From an uncultured delta proteobacterium (GTDB lineage Bacteria > Desulfobacterota > Desulfobacteria > Desulfobacterales > UBA2156): a stretch of 64,000 bases of DNA. A program made the position numbers and the translations under genes. A model generated the notes under the pieces. The model ran no database searches. It saw nothing but the letters and a program-made list of their open reading frames with translations, and had not been told where the DNA came from. The DNA lies in contig CAVTQK010000013.1 of NCBI GenBank assembly GCA_963736855.1, positions 32,001 through 96,000 of the forward strand, read 5' to 3'. How positions within the stretch are numbered: the stretch's first letter is position 1; the number at the start of each line of letters is the position of its first letter. Positions 10,650 through 20,384 of the stretch are shown here, in pieces.

Positions 10650-11033
10650 TCGGTAATCGTCTATGAACCCGGATATCAGTTCGGATTTTCGGGAATAAGC
10701 TAAGGCTTTTTATAAAAATGTCTCAATTCTGACCAAGAAACTTATTTTCTCTCTTAAGACGCCCCAGCTCTTCATTGGAGGGCTTGGAACGCTCCTTACT
10801 TGAAAAGAATTTTTCACCTTCTTTTTCCAGCTTGTGCTTTTATCGGCCGATTACCCTAAGCCCTGTACTCCAGTCTCGTTCAATCCCGGCCTCTATGTAG
10901 CCTTGCTCCGAGGCCGGTCAAAAAGCCTTTCTCAATGCTAAGATATTTCTCGTATCATTTCCCCTGATGGAACACCTCCTATTGTTTCATACAAGTTGGC
11001 TATTCGGTGTGTCCACGGTTTTAGAAAAGGCCA
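10650..11033 (-). mobile_element. Decayed IS3-family remnant (left end and orfA pseudogene)
   Basis: Minus-strand translation ASEQGYIEAGIERDWSTGLRVIGR*KHKLEKEGEKFFSSKERSKPSNEELGRLKRENKFLGQN*DI resembles IS3 OrfA (HTH plus EL.RL.REN leucine zipper). AGGAGG RBS; 5'-TG...AAAACCGTGGACAC left-end-like sequence. Confidence 0.65.
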
Positions 11034-11056
11034 ATTATTTGAAAATGAATCTAATG

Positions 11057-12895
11057 CTACTGATTTTGAATATTCTTATTTGCTTGGCCCGAATGATAAT
11101 GAATTATTATTGCGACGACGAACAACGGCAATGTCTGCACGGTCAAACGGTTCCATGCAGCCCCGATATGCCACCAGAGATTTTTATGGTGAATGATAAT
11201 AAAAATATAACCCGAAAGCATTGCTAAAGGTAATAACATATCTATACGCTGATATTTATTTCCCTTTACAAAATACACAGCGACAACCAATCCTATCAAA
11301 CCCATCGCTACATTCCATTGCTTGATATCCATCCACATGTTGCCAATGATCATCAGTGCGTCCGGAATTCGCTTTATAGCATTCAGTATCACCCCGGGAT
11401 GATATGTTATCACCTTAGTCGCATTAGATTCTAAATCGAGTACCACCCGAGTCCACAAATACCAAGGGGCATACAGGAATAAACAACATACCATATAACA
11501 ACAAACCGTTTTCATTCTTAGCTTATTATAAAATGCAAGCGCCCACAAGAAACCTAAAACAGCGAATAGGAATCCCTCATTTTTAGTATATGCAGCACCC
11601 ACAGCGAATATTGATGCCAGAACCATGCTATTTATAGTATTTTCATCACGCCAACGAAGCAGGCAACCGAAGCTGCAAATAATCATCAGGGAAAGCGCGG
11701 TTTCCGCATAAGACCATGAAGCAACTAGCGGCACCATCGGTATTGAAAGAAAAAATATTGCTCCGAACAGTGCATATTTGTTTTGTCGTGTTTGACGCTG
11801 GATAATGACACCGATCTCCCAAGCTGTTAAAAGCATAAACAGCACACTCCAGCCCCTGCTCCAGTGCTCTTCCCACCCACCCGAGCACCAGCCTGAAAAA
11901 GCCCAAACAGTTGGCCAGAGAAGAGGATAATCGGAAGCCCCAAAGTAGATCACATTTTTCAGGGCCCCCTCAGTGAGTGCAAGAACTTTTGCCTTTGCAC
12001 CCCATATGGCCCAAGCATCCCAATCATCTGGAACGGTGACTACAGCCATTTCCATTGCCCACAGAGAGATGAAAAATCCTATCGAATAAAGCAACAGCGA
12101 GAAGGTGAGGTTGGATTTTTTTTGAAAATAAAATAACTTCGAAATTAAAACGCTTTTAACTATCGAGATATTCAGATATTTTTTAAAGTCTATTAATCCA
12201 TAAAATGCTTTTTTCAAATCAAACCCAATAGTTATTTTTCTCAGTTGGTTATACAAAAAAGATACCCAGCCTGCTACCCCTCCCCACGCGTATAATTTGA
12301 AACCGATGCCTGGACTTTCGAAGACGCCCATCGAGATCAAAGTGCTCGACATCAATAAAAAACAAGATATCCCGATCATTTCGGGAACGCTGATTGGTGA
12401 CAATGACCATAAAGACCATAACCATCGAATATTAAAAGCGATACCGACAACGCAACATACCGAAATTATTAACCCAAAAACGTTCGGTTTTTCAGGATAG
12501 GTTCTATTTACCGGCGTGGATGATGAAACTCCCTGATAGAGCACCTTGGAACCCTTAACGCTTATGGCATAACTGGTCGAACCGGAAGGAATACGGGGTA
12601 TGAGCAAATATGTTCCATAAGAAAGAGTATTATGATCGCCTTTGGCTTTATAATGAATATTCATTGGCCAGAATGTATCGATTTCTATAAAATCTTTCAG
12701 AGTTTCAGAGGGAATACCTGCCCATTTGAATACATTTATTCTTTGTTCATTTATGCTTTTACCCAAGTACCATACTCTTTCCCTGTTCCACCAAAGCCGC
12801 TGCATTTGGAACAGCGCTGCCACCGTAATTAGAATCCATAGTAAAATAAATAATCGAGCAGCCAGTGTTGAGAGGCTGTTTTCAAAAAATTTCAT
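11057..12895 (-). CDS. Multi-pass membrane protein, GT-C-fold glycosyltransferase-like (PMT/ArnT-related)
   Basis: About 13 hydrophobic segments; WDAWAIWGAKAK, DYPLLWP, YAE and TKNEG motifs; visibly lower GC than the flanks. Confidence 0.6.
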   Translation of the reverse strand: MKFFENSLSTLAARLFILLWILITVAALFQMQRLWWNRERVWYLGKSINEQRINVFKWAGIPSETLKDFIEIDTFWPMNIHYKAKGDHNTLSYGTYLLIPRIPSGSTSYAISVKGSKVLYQGVSSSTPVNRTYPEKPNVFGLIISVCCVVGIAFNIRWLWSLWSLSPISVPEMIGISCFLLMSSTLISMGVFESPGIGFKLYAWGGVAGWVSFLYNQLRKITIGFDLKKAFYGLIDFKKYLNISIVKSVLISKLFYFQKKSNLTFSLLLYSIGFFISLWAMEMAVVTVPDDWDAWAIWGAKAKVLALTEGALKNVIYFGASDYPLLWPTVWAFSGWCSGGWEEHWSRGWSVLFMLLTAWEIGVIIQRQTRQNKYALFGAIFFLSIPMVPLVASWSYAETALSLMIICSFGCLLRWRDENTINSMVLASIFAVGAAYTKNEGFLFAVLGFLWALAFYNKLRMKTVCCYMVCCLFLYAPWYLWTRVVLDLESNATKVITYHPGVILNAIKRIPDALMIIGNMWMDIKQWNVAMGLIGLVVAVYFVKGNKYQRIDMLLPLAMLSGYIFIIIHHKNLWWHIGAAWNRLTVQTLPLFVVAIIIHYHSGQANKNIQNQ

Positions 12896-13089
12896 ATCAG
12901 CTTCAACGCTCTTTCCATTGATTTTTAAAAATGCGATAAGTTAAACGGATATTCTAGAACCCACCGTTTCCTTTTTTAAAGTGTTTCTCTGTTAGTTTCT
13001 CTGGTTTCTATTCACTTTCAAAATGAAGATTTTCTCTGGAAAGAATCGTTTCATCAACCCATAGCATTCGTTTCATATCGCCTTCAATG

Positions 13090-14331
13090 TTACCCCAACC
13101 TGCCCATGGGCATATGGTTTCGGGAATCCCTTTTATGATGAATTCGCCAGCGATAGAACAGTGAAAATGGTTTCATCATAAAATATAACGAAAACAAATA
13201 ATTCGGTAAGTTGACGGTCTCCCAATCATCATGGGACGGGCCGATCTGATAAAGAAAAAACTTTAATTTATAATTCAAATCGCTGCGCAAACTAAAATCA
13301 TACAATTTTTTTTGGAAATACTCCCAAGATACGGGTATGTTAGGATGATCATTCAATGATTGGATGCGATTCCAAGCAATTCTGACCAGATAATTCACCA
13401 CCTTGTCCCGTTGAACATATTTTATCACTTTACCGGGCAAAGGACAGTCCAGCAATAACGCTCCCAAGATTAACCCTTCTGCTATCATTCTCGAAATACC
13501 CATCTGATTTGAATGATCCATTAACTGATCCCAATCAAATCCTGATTCGTTACCCACAAGGTATGCCACATCAGTCAGCCAAAATAATCTTGACCAGCCA
13601 TGAAGCGTTCCGTGAACACAGAGAAACATCAAGGTGTGTTCAAGAGAAAAGGTGGGAATGCTGACTCCGCCGATCGGAACTATCCGGTGTCCATTCCAAG
13701 CATTTTCAAATCTCAGGGGGAAAAGGGAAGAAAGGTATACACAACGGTAATGAAGCTCCAGGTAAATCCTTTTTTCTCGACAAAAATATCCAAAGTGACT
13801 AAAATTCCTCATGAAAAAAGTTTTTTGACGAGCAGTTAAATGAAAATCGGGCAGGATTCTGGTATAGCCCGCTTGATGCAGAAATGCTTCTGCATGCTCT
13901 ATATGTTCCTCTGGAATCAAAAGGTCCAGATCTCCTACATGGCGTGACCCCAAGTCCCCAAAGGTGATAAGACCTAGAACCGGTCCTTTGAATGCAAGAG
14001 CAGGGATACACCTTTGGTTAAACCCTTTCAAAATATAAGCCAGCTCCGCTGCTTTTAAGACATTTCGCCGGGTATTATTTTCGACACGCTTTCTTAATCG
14101 TGACAGCACGAAAGACGGGATTCTATTACCGAATCTTTTCATTCTCTTGTATACCAACGCAGCTACTCGGTGTTTTTCAACCAAGTTTAAAAAAAGCTCC
14201 CAATCAATTTTTATGGGATTTTTTAATTCCAATTCTTTATGCCCATTTTTTCTCAAAGAAAACCTGAGACAGGATAATACGAAATTCATTTCTGGAGACA
14301 TTCTTAAAAAACTGCCTGTATTGTTATCCAA
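13090..14331 (-). CDS. Nucleotidyltransferase family protein (NTP_transf_5 type, lasso-cluster associated)
   Basis: IDWELF...EKHRV, FKGP.L......LG.R..GDLDLL, ELH, LCVHG..HGWSRLFWL.D motifs. Confidence 0.85.
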   Translation of the reverse strand: MDNNTGSFLRMSPEMNFVLSCLRFSLRKNGHKELELKNPIKIDWELFLNLVEKHRVAALVYKRMKRFGNRIPSFVLSRLRKRVENNTRRNVLKAAELAYILKGFNQRCIPALAFKGPVLGLITFGDLGSRHVGDLDLLIPEEHIEHAEAFLHQAGYTRILPDFHLTARQKTFFMRNFSHFGYFCREKRIYLELHYRCVYLSSLFPLRFENAWNGHRIVPIGGVSIPTFSLEHTLMFLCVHGTLHGWSRLFWLTDVAYLVGNESGFDWDQLMDHSNQMGISRMIAEGLILGALLLDCPLPGKVIKYVQRDKVVNYLVRIAWNRIQSLNDHPNIPVSWEYFQKKLYDFSLRSDLNYKLKFFLYQIGPSHDDWETVNLPNYLFSLYFMMKPFSLFYRWRIHHKRDSRNHMPMGRLG

Positions 14332-14351
14332 AGCACCCCTTAATTAAATTT

Positions 14352-14433
14352 GATGAAATCGTAAAAAGACTGATTTTTCTGCGCTGCAAGTCTTTTCGAA
14401 GATCGAAAGGGTTTCGCTAAATCTCAAGAACTC
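14352..14433. mobile_element. Partial MITE copy
   Basis: AAATTT followed by GATGAAATCGTAAAAAGACTGATTTTTCT..., matching the reverse complement of the 5640 copy, then breaking into an AT-rich tract. Confidence 0.65.
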
Positions 14434-14939
14434 AGACAAGTGTAACAGTTAGATTTTTAGCTATTTGTTTTTTTGAAAGATTGAATGGTATAAATTTTTA
14501 TGAGCATAAATTTTATTTTTTTAATTTAACAGTTACTAGAAATTTGTAATGCATATGAGTAAATTACTGCTGATTTAAGGATTTATTAATTTTAAATTAG
14601 AATAATTAAATAGTTAAAGAATAAATGTTGTTGTAAGAGTTTGAATTTTGAAAATAGACAGCTAGTTGTTGAATAGATAAGAAATATAATATATTTATAT
14701 GTTAGAGAAATATATTGTTTTAAATGGAATTGGGAAGACAAGAGGATAGATAATACTATTTAGTAATGTTATATAGAAGCTGTAAATGCAATCCGCAGAT
14801 CCATCGGTTATTGATATAATTATATGCGATAAGTTATAGACTGTAACTTGTTTTAAAATTAAATATTTATATAATAAATGTGTTAAAAAATATTTTTAAT
14901 AATAGTAAAAAAATTTTATATTTAATGAATAAAATTCGA

Positions 14940-15778
14940 TGAAAGACCTACCCTGATTTTGTAATCCGGGGCATTCCCCGGGTCATGGAAGAAGACGATG
15001 AGACCGGGTGGCACAGGCATGGATGATTTAAGGACCCACGTCTTGTTGACGAGCTCTGTGTTCACGCGGGTATGCTCAGCGGTTTTGTGTCGCCCCATCC
15101 GCCTCATTGCCATGAGCACGAAGAGCTGCACATCGCGCTTTCGGAAAATCTTGAGATTGTGGACCGTGATGCGGACTTTGGCGTTGAAAAGACACTCCTG
15201 GTCGACAAGGGCGCATTGTTGTATATCGATGCAAGGATTGCCCACACCATGCGAAATACGGCATCCGGGCCTGCCGATTATTTTCACGTCAGATGGAAAA
15301 ACGCATCTACGATGTTTCCTTCGGAAATAAAAAACAATTTTTATTATTGCCCCGGCAACCGAAGCAGAGAGTTCAAGCAGTCCACGCGTGACGGCTCAGA
15401 AACCATGGAGATATATTCCGGGCTTCGCGGTACCTGCCGCGCTTGAGGGCGCTGTTTACAAGGGTTTTTCCCGGAGGCATGATTCCTTTTCATCGACATG
15501 CCCATGAAGTGATCTTCCTGTTCATAAGCGGTTCCGTCGAGATCCTTGGGAAAAAGCTGGAGGCTCCGGGTTTTGCTTTCATGGGAACCCAGGTGCCTCA
15601 TTACATTGTCAATCACGGACCAGCGCCCGCTGAATACTACGCATTTGAGCTGCACGGGAGGCATAAAGGTTTGCGAGAAAACGAGCAAAGTCCTTTTGAA
15701 CTCACCGAGTTTTTTTTCCGAAACAGAGCATGCTCTACCGCGCCTACGGCCTCTCATTTTCGTCCGAGGTACCCATAG
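14940..15778 (+). pseudogene. Bicupin protein, frameshifted
   Basis: Two cupin motif pairs, PHPPHCHEHEE...AHTMRN and PFHRHAHEV...PHYIVN, spread over ORFs 15072..15446 and 15443..15778 plus upstream frames. Start uncertain. Confidence 0.7.
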
Positions 15779-16616
15779 CGCATTTCCCGGGGGCTCTCAG
15801 TCCCGGAGATCCGGATGTGCGTATCAGGCGGGGCGAAATATTCGGCCCCGGGTATACGCCTCCTGCCTCGATCCGGATCGAGGCATCGCCGGGAAGAATT
15901 CTTTTGCGCGGGGCGAGAAGCGCACAATTCTCGTCACCGGCGGAAACTCTATCACGATAGAACCGCTCCCGAACGGAAATCGCGCAACCATCATGCAGAT
16001 CCTTCTCGGCTGGGCGCTGGGCGGCCTGTTCCATCAGAGAGCATGCTCCCACTGCACGGCAGCGCTCTCTGCCGGAATGATGACTGTTTCGTCTTCTGCG
16101 CCCGATCAGGCGCAGGCAAATCGACCCTGGCAGCGGCATTCCTCAACCGGGGTTTTTCATTTCTCGATGACAACATGCGCTTGAGATTTTGAGACGGCAT
16201 GCGTTATAGCACCGGGGTCTCCGGAACTCAGATTATGGGAAAGCGCAATGCCTGCTCTCGAGTTCGAGTATGAAGCAGCGGGCCGCATAAGACCCGACAT
16301 GGACAAGGTCTCGATTATCGCCAGACGTAAATTCAGAAGCGAGAAAGCTAGGCTCAGGAAGATATTCATATTGAGAAGAAGCAATGAGCCGGCGGTCTCT
16401 TTCTTAAATGTCACAGGAGCGGCAAAATTGCAGGCATTGCTTGAAAATGTTTTCTTTATTAAATTAATGAAGTATGATGGAAACAGCGCCGGGCTGTTCC
16501 ATCTCGTCCATGGACTTGCGGAGAGAGCGCCGATTGTGGAAATCAGGCTTCCAGGCAGACTGCCGCCGCCTGATGCGCTGTGCGATATCATTCTCGGCGC
16601 TCGTGTGATGCAGTGA
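15730..16616 (+). pseudogene. HPr-kinase-like protein (PadeK-type lasso kinase family), multiple frameshifts
   Basis: MLYRAYGLSFSSEVP start; ILLGWALGGLFHQR; LPLHGSAL.....VFCARSGAGKSTLAAAF..RGFSFLDD (His, Walker A, DD); P.LRLW and IRPDMDK, across three frames. Confidence 0.8.
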
Positions 16617-16630
16617 GGGAGGACAATGGC

Positions 16631-16906
16631 ATGAAAGAAATGACACTTGATACGGTCGTGAAAAAAAATGACGATATATTTACGGGCAGTATCGACAATG
16701 AGATGGCGGCGATGAGTATTCAGAACGGCAAGTATTATCAGATGAATGAAACCGGTTCGCGCATCCTTGCCCTGCTCGATCATGAGCGTTCCATAAGGAC
16801 TGTCGAGTTGATGTAGGTTTTTCCGGATTGACGGCCTGTCTGCAGGCAGGATGTCCTCGATTTCATGCGGAAAATGGCGGAATACAATTTGATATCGACG
16901 GTGTGA
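16631..16906 (+). pseudogene. PqqD/RRE family protein (lasso B1-like), frameshifted near 16800
   Basis: GGAGG RBS; DNEMAAMSIQNGKYYQMNETGSRILALLD, then in another frame CRQDVLDFMRKMAEYNLI. Confidence 0.85.
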
Positions 16907-17199
16907 TCGGTAGATCTTTCTCAATGTGCCGAGCCGATATTGCGGTGGAGATTTGACATGTGCTATTGTTTGTATTAAACTTTACATAATTAAAAAGATG
17001 AAGGTGTTAGATGAAAGAAACCTAAAGCGGCAGAATTGTGGATAAAATTAGTAAGAACTAATAATACATAATTAGTTAACTTCAATTTGACACTTGTATA
17101 GTTATATAGGAAGATATATGTTAAGCTTTTACAAAGTTTAAGAATGATTAGATGCTAAATTATTGAGTTTATAGCGCTTCTGATACACATAGTTTAGAA

Positions 17200-18350
17200 T
17201 ATGAAGAATGTTTTAGAAAGAGTTGGGGGGGGCATCTCCTTACCCTCCATTCGATAGCGAAAGGGTTCTTGCAGCAAGGGTGCGAAGTCATCCTGCTATG
17301 CCGGGACACCGAAAGGCTCAGGGTGTTTTTTCGGAGATAGGTGTCGCCGTTGAACCGATCTCCCCCTTGGCCGCCCCGCGATACAGGTTTTTCCCTGAAT
17401 TATGCACAGAATCTGTGGCGAAACGGCTACCGAGACGCCGAAAGTTCAGCGCCCATTTCACGTGGTGGTCGGACAGATTCAGGGCCCTGAAGCCCGATTT
17501 CGTTCTCACGGATTACGCCCCCACCGCCCTCGTATCCGCTTTATCCCTCGGCATCCCGAGGGGCGCAACCGGCACAGGATTTACTCTTCCCCCCATGACC
17601 ACTCCAATGCCATGCCTGCATCCATGGCTCGAATCCCCTAGTGAGGCGCTTTCCGAGGCCAAGGACATGGTTCTCGATACGATCGGACGCCATGTGCCTT
17701 CCCTGCACTCTGTGGCCGGCATTTTTGAGGGGGCCGCACGGTTTTCGTGGTATTTCCCGAAATGGACCATTTTGAGATCCGGACCTCGGAAAAATATTTC
17801 GGACCTGTTTTTGGATCGGCATCTTACCTGAATTCACTTGGCCTGAAGATTCGGGACACCGGGTTTTTCTTTATCTCAGCGCAGCCAACCGCTGTCTCGG
17901 TGATGTGATGAACCATATCAGGAGACTCGAGCTTCCCTTGATCGGGCACATCAAGGATCTTCCCAATCCGATCGAAAGGCCATGGAATCGCCAACACTCA
18001 GACTGAGCGGTACCCTCATGAACCTGGACCGAGCAGCCGCTGAATGCAACATCGCGGTAACGCAGGGGGGCCTTCACACGAGCGCCGAATGCTCCTTTCC
18101 GGAGCCCGCCTCTTGATCTGCCCAGAGCAGCTCGAGCAGACGCTTCTTGCCTATCGGTTGAAGCAGAGGGGGCTCTGTGAATTCGTGAGTTTTTTCAGCG
18201 AGGCAAACACAGTAAAGGATAGATTCGAAACTGTAGCGTATTCAGCGGAACTTGGAAAAACCGCGGTGGCATTTTGCATCAAAATACGCCGAATATAATT
18301 CAGTGGATACGGTCAGAGAGATTGTCCGGACATGTCTCAATGTAATGTAA
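17200..18350 (+). pseudogene. GT-B glycosyltransferase (UDP-glycosyltransferase-like), multiple frameshifts
   Basis: ELGG.H start remnant, PDFVLTDYAPTAL...GTGFTLPP, FPEMDHF, WPE..G.RVFLYL and PEQLEQTLLA segments, across frames. Confidence 0.7.
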
Positions 18351-19381
18351 TACCCAACATCAAAGAAAGGATAAGCCCGGACTGTCTGACGGTTTATCCA
18401 GCGGAGGCGAGGCTTGACGTATCCAGCCGGTGCCAGCTTGACTGCCCGCTCTGTCCCGTCGCTTCAGAAGAAATGGACGACCTTTTGTAGGCCGCGGCAT
18501 CATGCCTTTCGCTGACTTTGCTGAATTCATTGACAGTAACCCACAGATTCGAATCATCGAGCTGGGAAACTCGGGCGAGGTCTTTCTGAATCCCGATCTG
18601 CTCTGCCATTCTGGGATACGCCAGGGAAAAAGGTGTGGCAATCCGTATCGCAGAGGGCGCCAATTTGAATGACGCCTCCGATGAAGCCCTGGAGGCCCTT
18701 GTCCGATATGGCGTCATGATTTTGAGAGTGGCTTTAGATGGGGCCACCCAGGAGACTTACCGGATATACCGTGTTGGCGGAGAGCTTAAAAAGGTGCTGA
18801 GAAACGTGGAGAAGATAAACGCGTATAAAAGGGAGTATGGAAGCAAACTGCCGCGCCTTATCCTTCAATTCATCCCCTTCCCGCACAATGAGCATGAAAT
18901 AAAAAAGATCGCGGTCCTGGCCCGGGCATTGGACATGGAGATTGATTTCAAGATCAACGTATTCCATGGATATTCCCCTTTGCAGAATGATGGGGAACTC
19001 ACCAAATGGCTCGACTATTCAGATAAGGCTTCCTATCTGGAAAAAACCGGTAAAATATACATGAGGGACATCTGCCTTCAACTCTGGAGATCCCCCCAGA
19101 TCAACTGGGACGGAAGGCTTCTCGGATGCAGTGGCAATAAAACCGTCTCCTATGCCGAATATGCCCTCGGCGATGCATTTGCAAGGGAGATCAACAACGG
19201 GCATATCCAGTATGCCAGAAAGATGCTCATGGGAATCGCGCCTCAGCGTGACGACATTCCCTGCTCTGTCTGTGATTCATATGCGGACTACCGGAAATAC
19301 GACCAATGGTTCACGGTTGAGGAGATCAGGGCTGCCATGGAACGCTGGCGAAAGCAGGTGCCTGAAAATTATGAACACTGA
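18332..19381 (+). pseudogene. Radical SAM protein with C-terminal twitch/SPASM-like Cys, frameshifted (paralogue 1)
   Basis: RLDVSSRCQLDCPLCP (CX3CX2C) at ~18410-18460; ELGNSGEVFLNP; LDGATQETY..YRVGG; C.QLW.SPQINWDGRLLGC...PCSVC. Confidence 0.85.
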
Positions 19382-20366
19382 TCTTCTTACGATCAATCCG
19401 GTTAAGGTCCGGCTCGATATATCCACTATATGTCAGCTCAAATGTCTCCTTTGCCCGACGGAAGAAAAAAACGGCCGGGCCTTTCTTAAGAGCGGGACGA
19501 TGGCTTATTCCGAATTTACCTGCTTCCTTGAACATAATCCGCAAATCGAAATGGTCGAGCTGGCCAGTGCCGGTGAGGCCTTGCTCAACCCTGACCTGCC
19601 GGAGATATTGAAAAGCGCATCCGAACGGGGAGTCGCAACGAGCCTCGGAGGCGGGGTCAACATGAACGACGCATCTGATGAGGCCCTCGAGGCCCTCGTC
19701 AGGTACAAGACGACCCGTATCCGGGTGTCTGTTGACGGCGTCACCGAGAAGACCTATCGGAAATATCGCGTCGGCGGAAGTCTTCACAAGGTATTGGCAA
19801 ACATTAAAAAGATCAATGAATTTAAGGAGAAGTATCAATCCGAATTTCCAGAGATTCTCCTCCAGTTCATCCTTTTCGGACACAATGAGCACGAGCTTGA
19901 AAGGGTCTTTGTTCTGGGCAGGATGCTGAAAATGAATATCTTCATCAAATTAAACCGATGTCCGGACCGACTTGCCGTCAGGGACAGGGAGAAAATCCGG
20001 AAGCTCTTGGGTTACGCAGACAGAACAGAATTTATTGAGTCGATGGGAATTCAATACTGCCGCGATCTCTGTCTCGGACTCTGGAAGGCCCCTCAGATAA
20101 ACTGGGATGGGAGACTTTTGGGATGTGGAAGCAACACAAGCATTGCCTTTGCCGAATATGTGCTTGACGGAGCATTTCTCAGAGAGATAAACAACGAGCG
20201 GATGCAGTACGCACGAAGGATGCTCCTGGGAGAAGCGCCTCCCCGGGATGATATTCCGTGCTCCGGTTGCGCCTTCTATAATCAGATTTCGGAACATGAC
20301 CTTTGGTACACTCCGGAAGAGATAAAGGCCGCAATATTAAAACACGCAGGATGCGAGGAATCGTGA
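19371..20366 (+). CDS. Radical SAM protein with C-terminal twitch/SPASM-like Cys (paralogue 2)
   Basis: CQLKCLLC motif, GEALLNP, SVDG, C.GLW.APQINWDGRLLGC...PCSGC; start at ATG 19371 overlapping paralogue 1. Confidence 0.9.
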   Translation: MNTDLLTINPVKVRLDISTICQLKCLLCPTEEKNGRAFLKSGTMAYSEFTCFLEHNPQIEMVELASAGEALLNPDLPEILKSASERGVATSLGGGVNMNDASDEALEALVRYKTTRIRVSVDGVTEKTYRKYRVGGSLHKVLANIKKINEFKEKYQSEFPEILLQFILFGHNEHELERVFVLGRMLKMNIFIKLNRCPDRLAVRDREKIRKLLGYADRTEFIESMGIQYCRDLCLGLWKAPQINWDGRLLGCGSNTSIAFAEYVLDGAFLREINNERMQYARRMLLGEAPPRDDIPCSGCAFYNQISEHDLWYTPEEIKAAILKHAGCEES

Positions 20367-20384
20367 GGCCCTGAAAAAGGTATT

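Noticed and set aside
12900..13090. Short minus-strand ORF MKRMLWVDETILSRENLHFESE as the RiPP precursor
   Set aside because: No [YW]xxPxL leader, no Thr at -2 and no plausible core.
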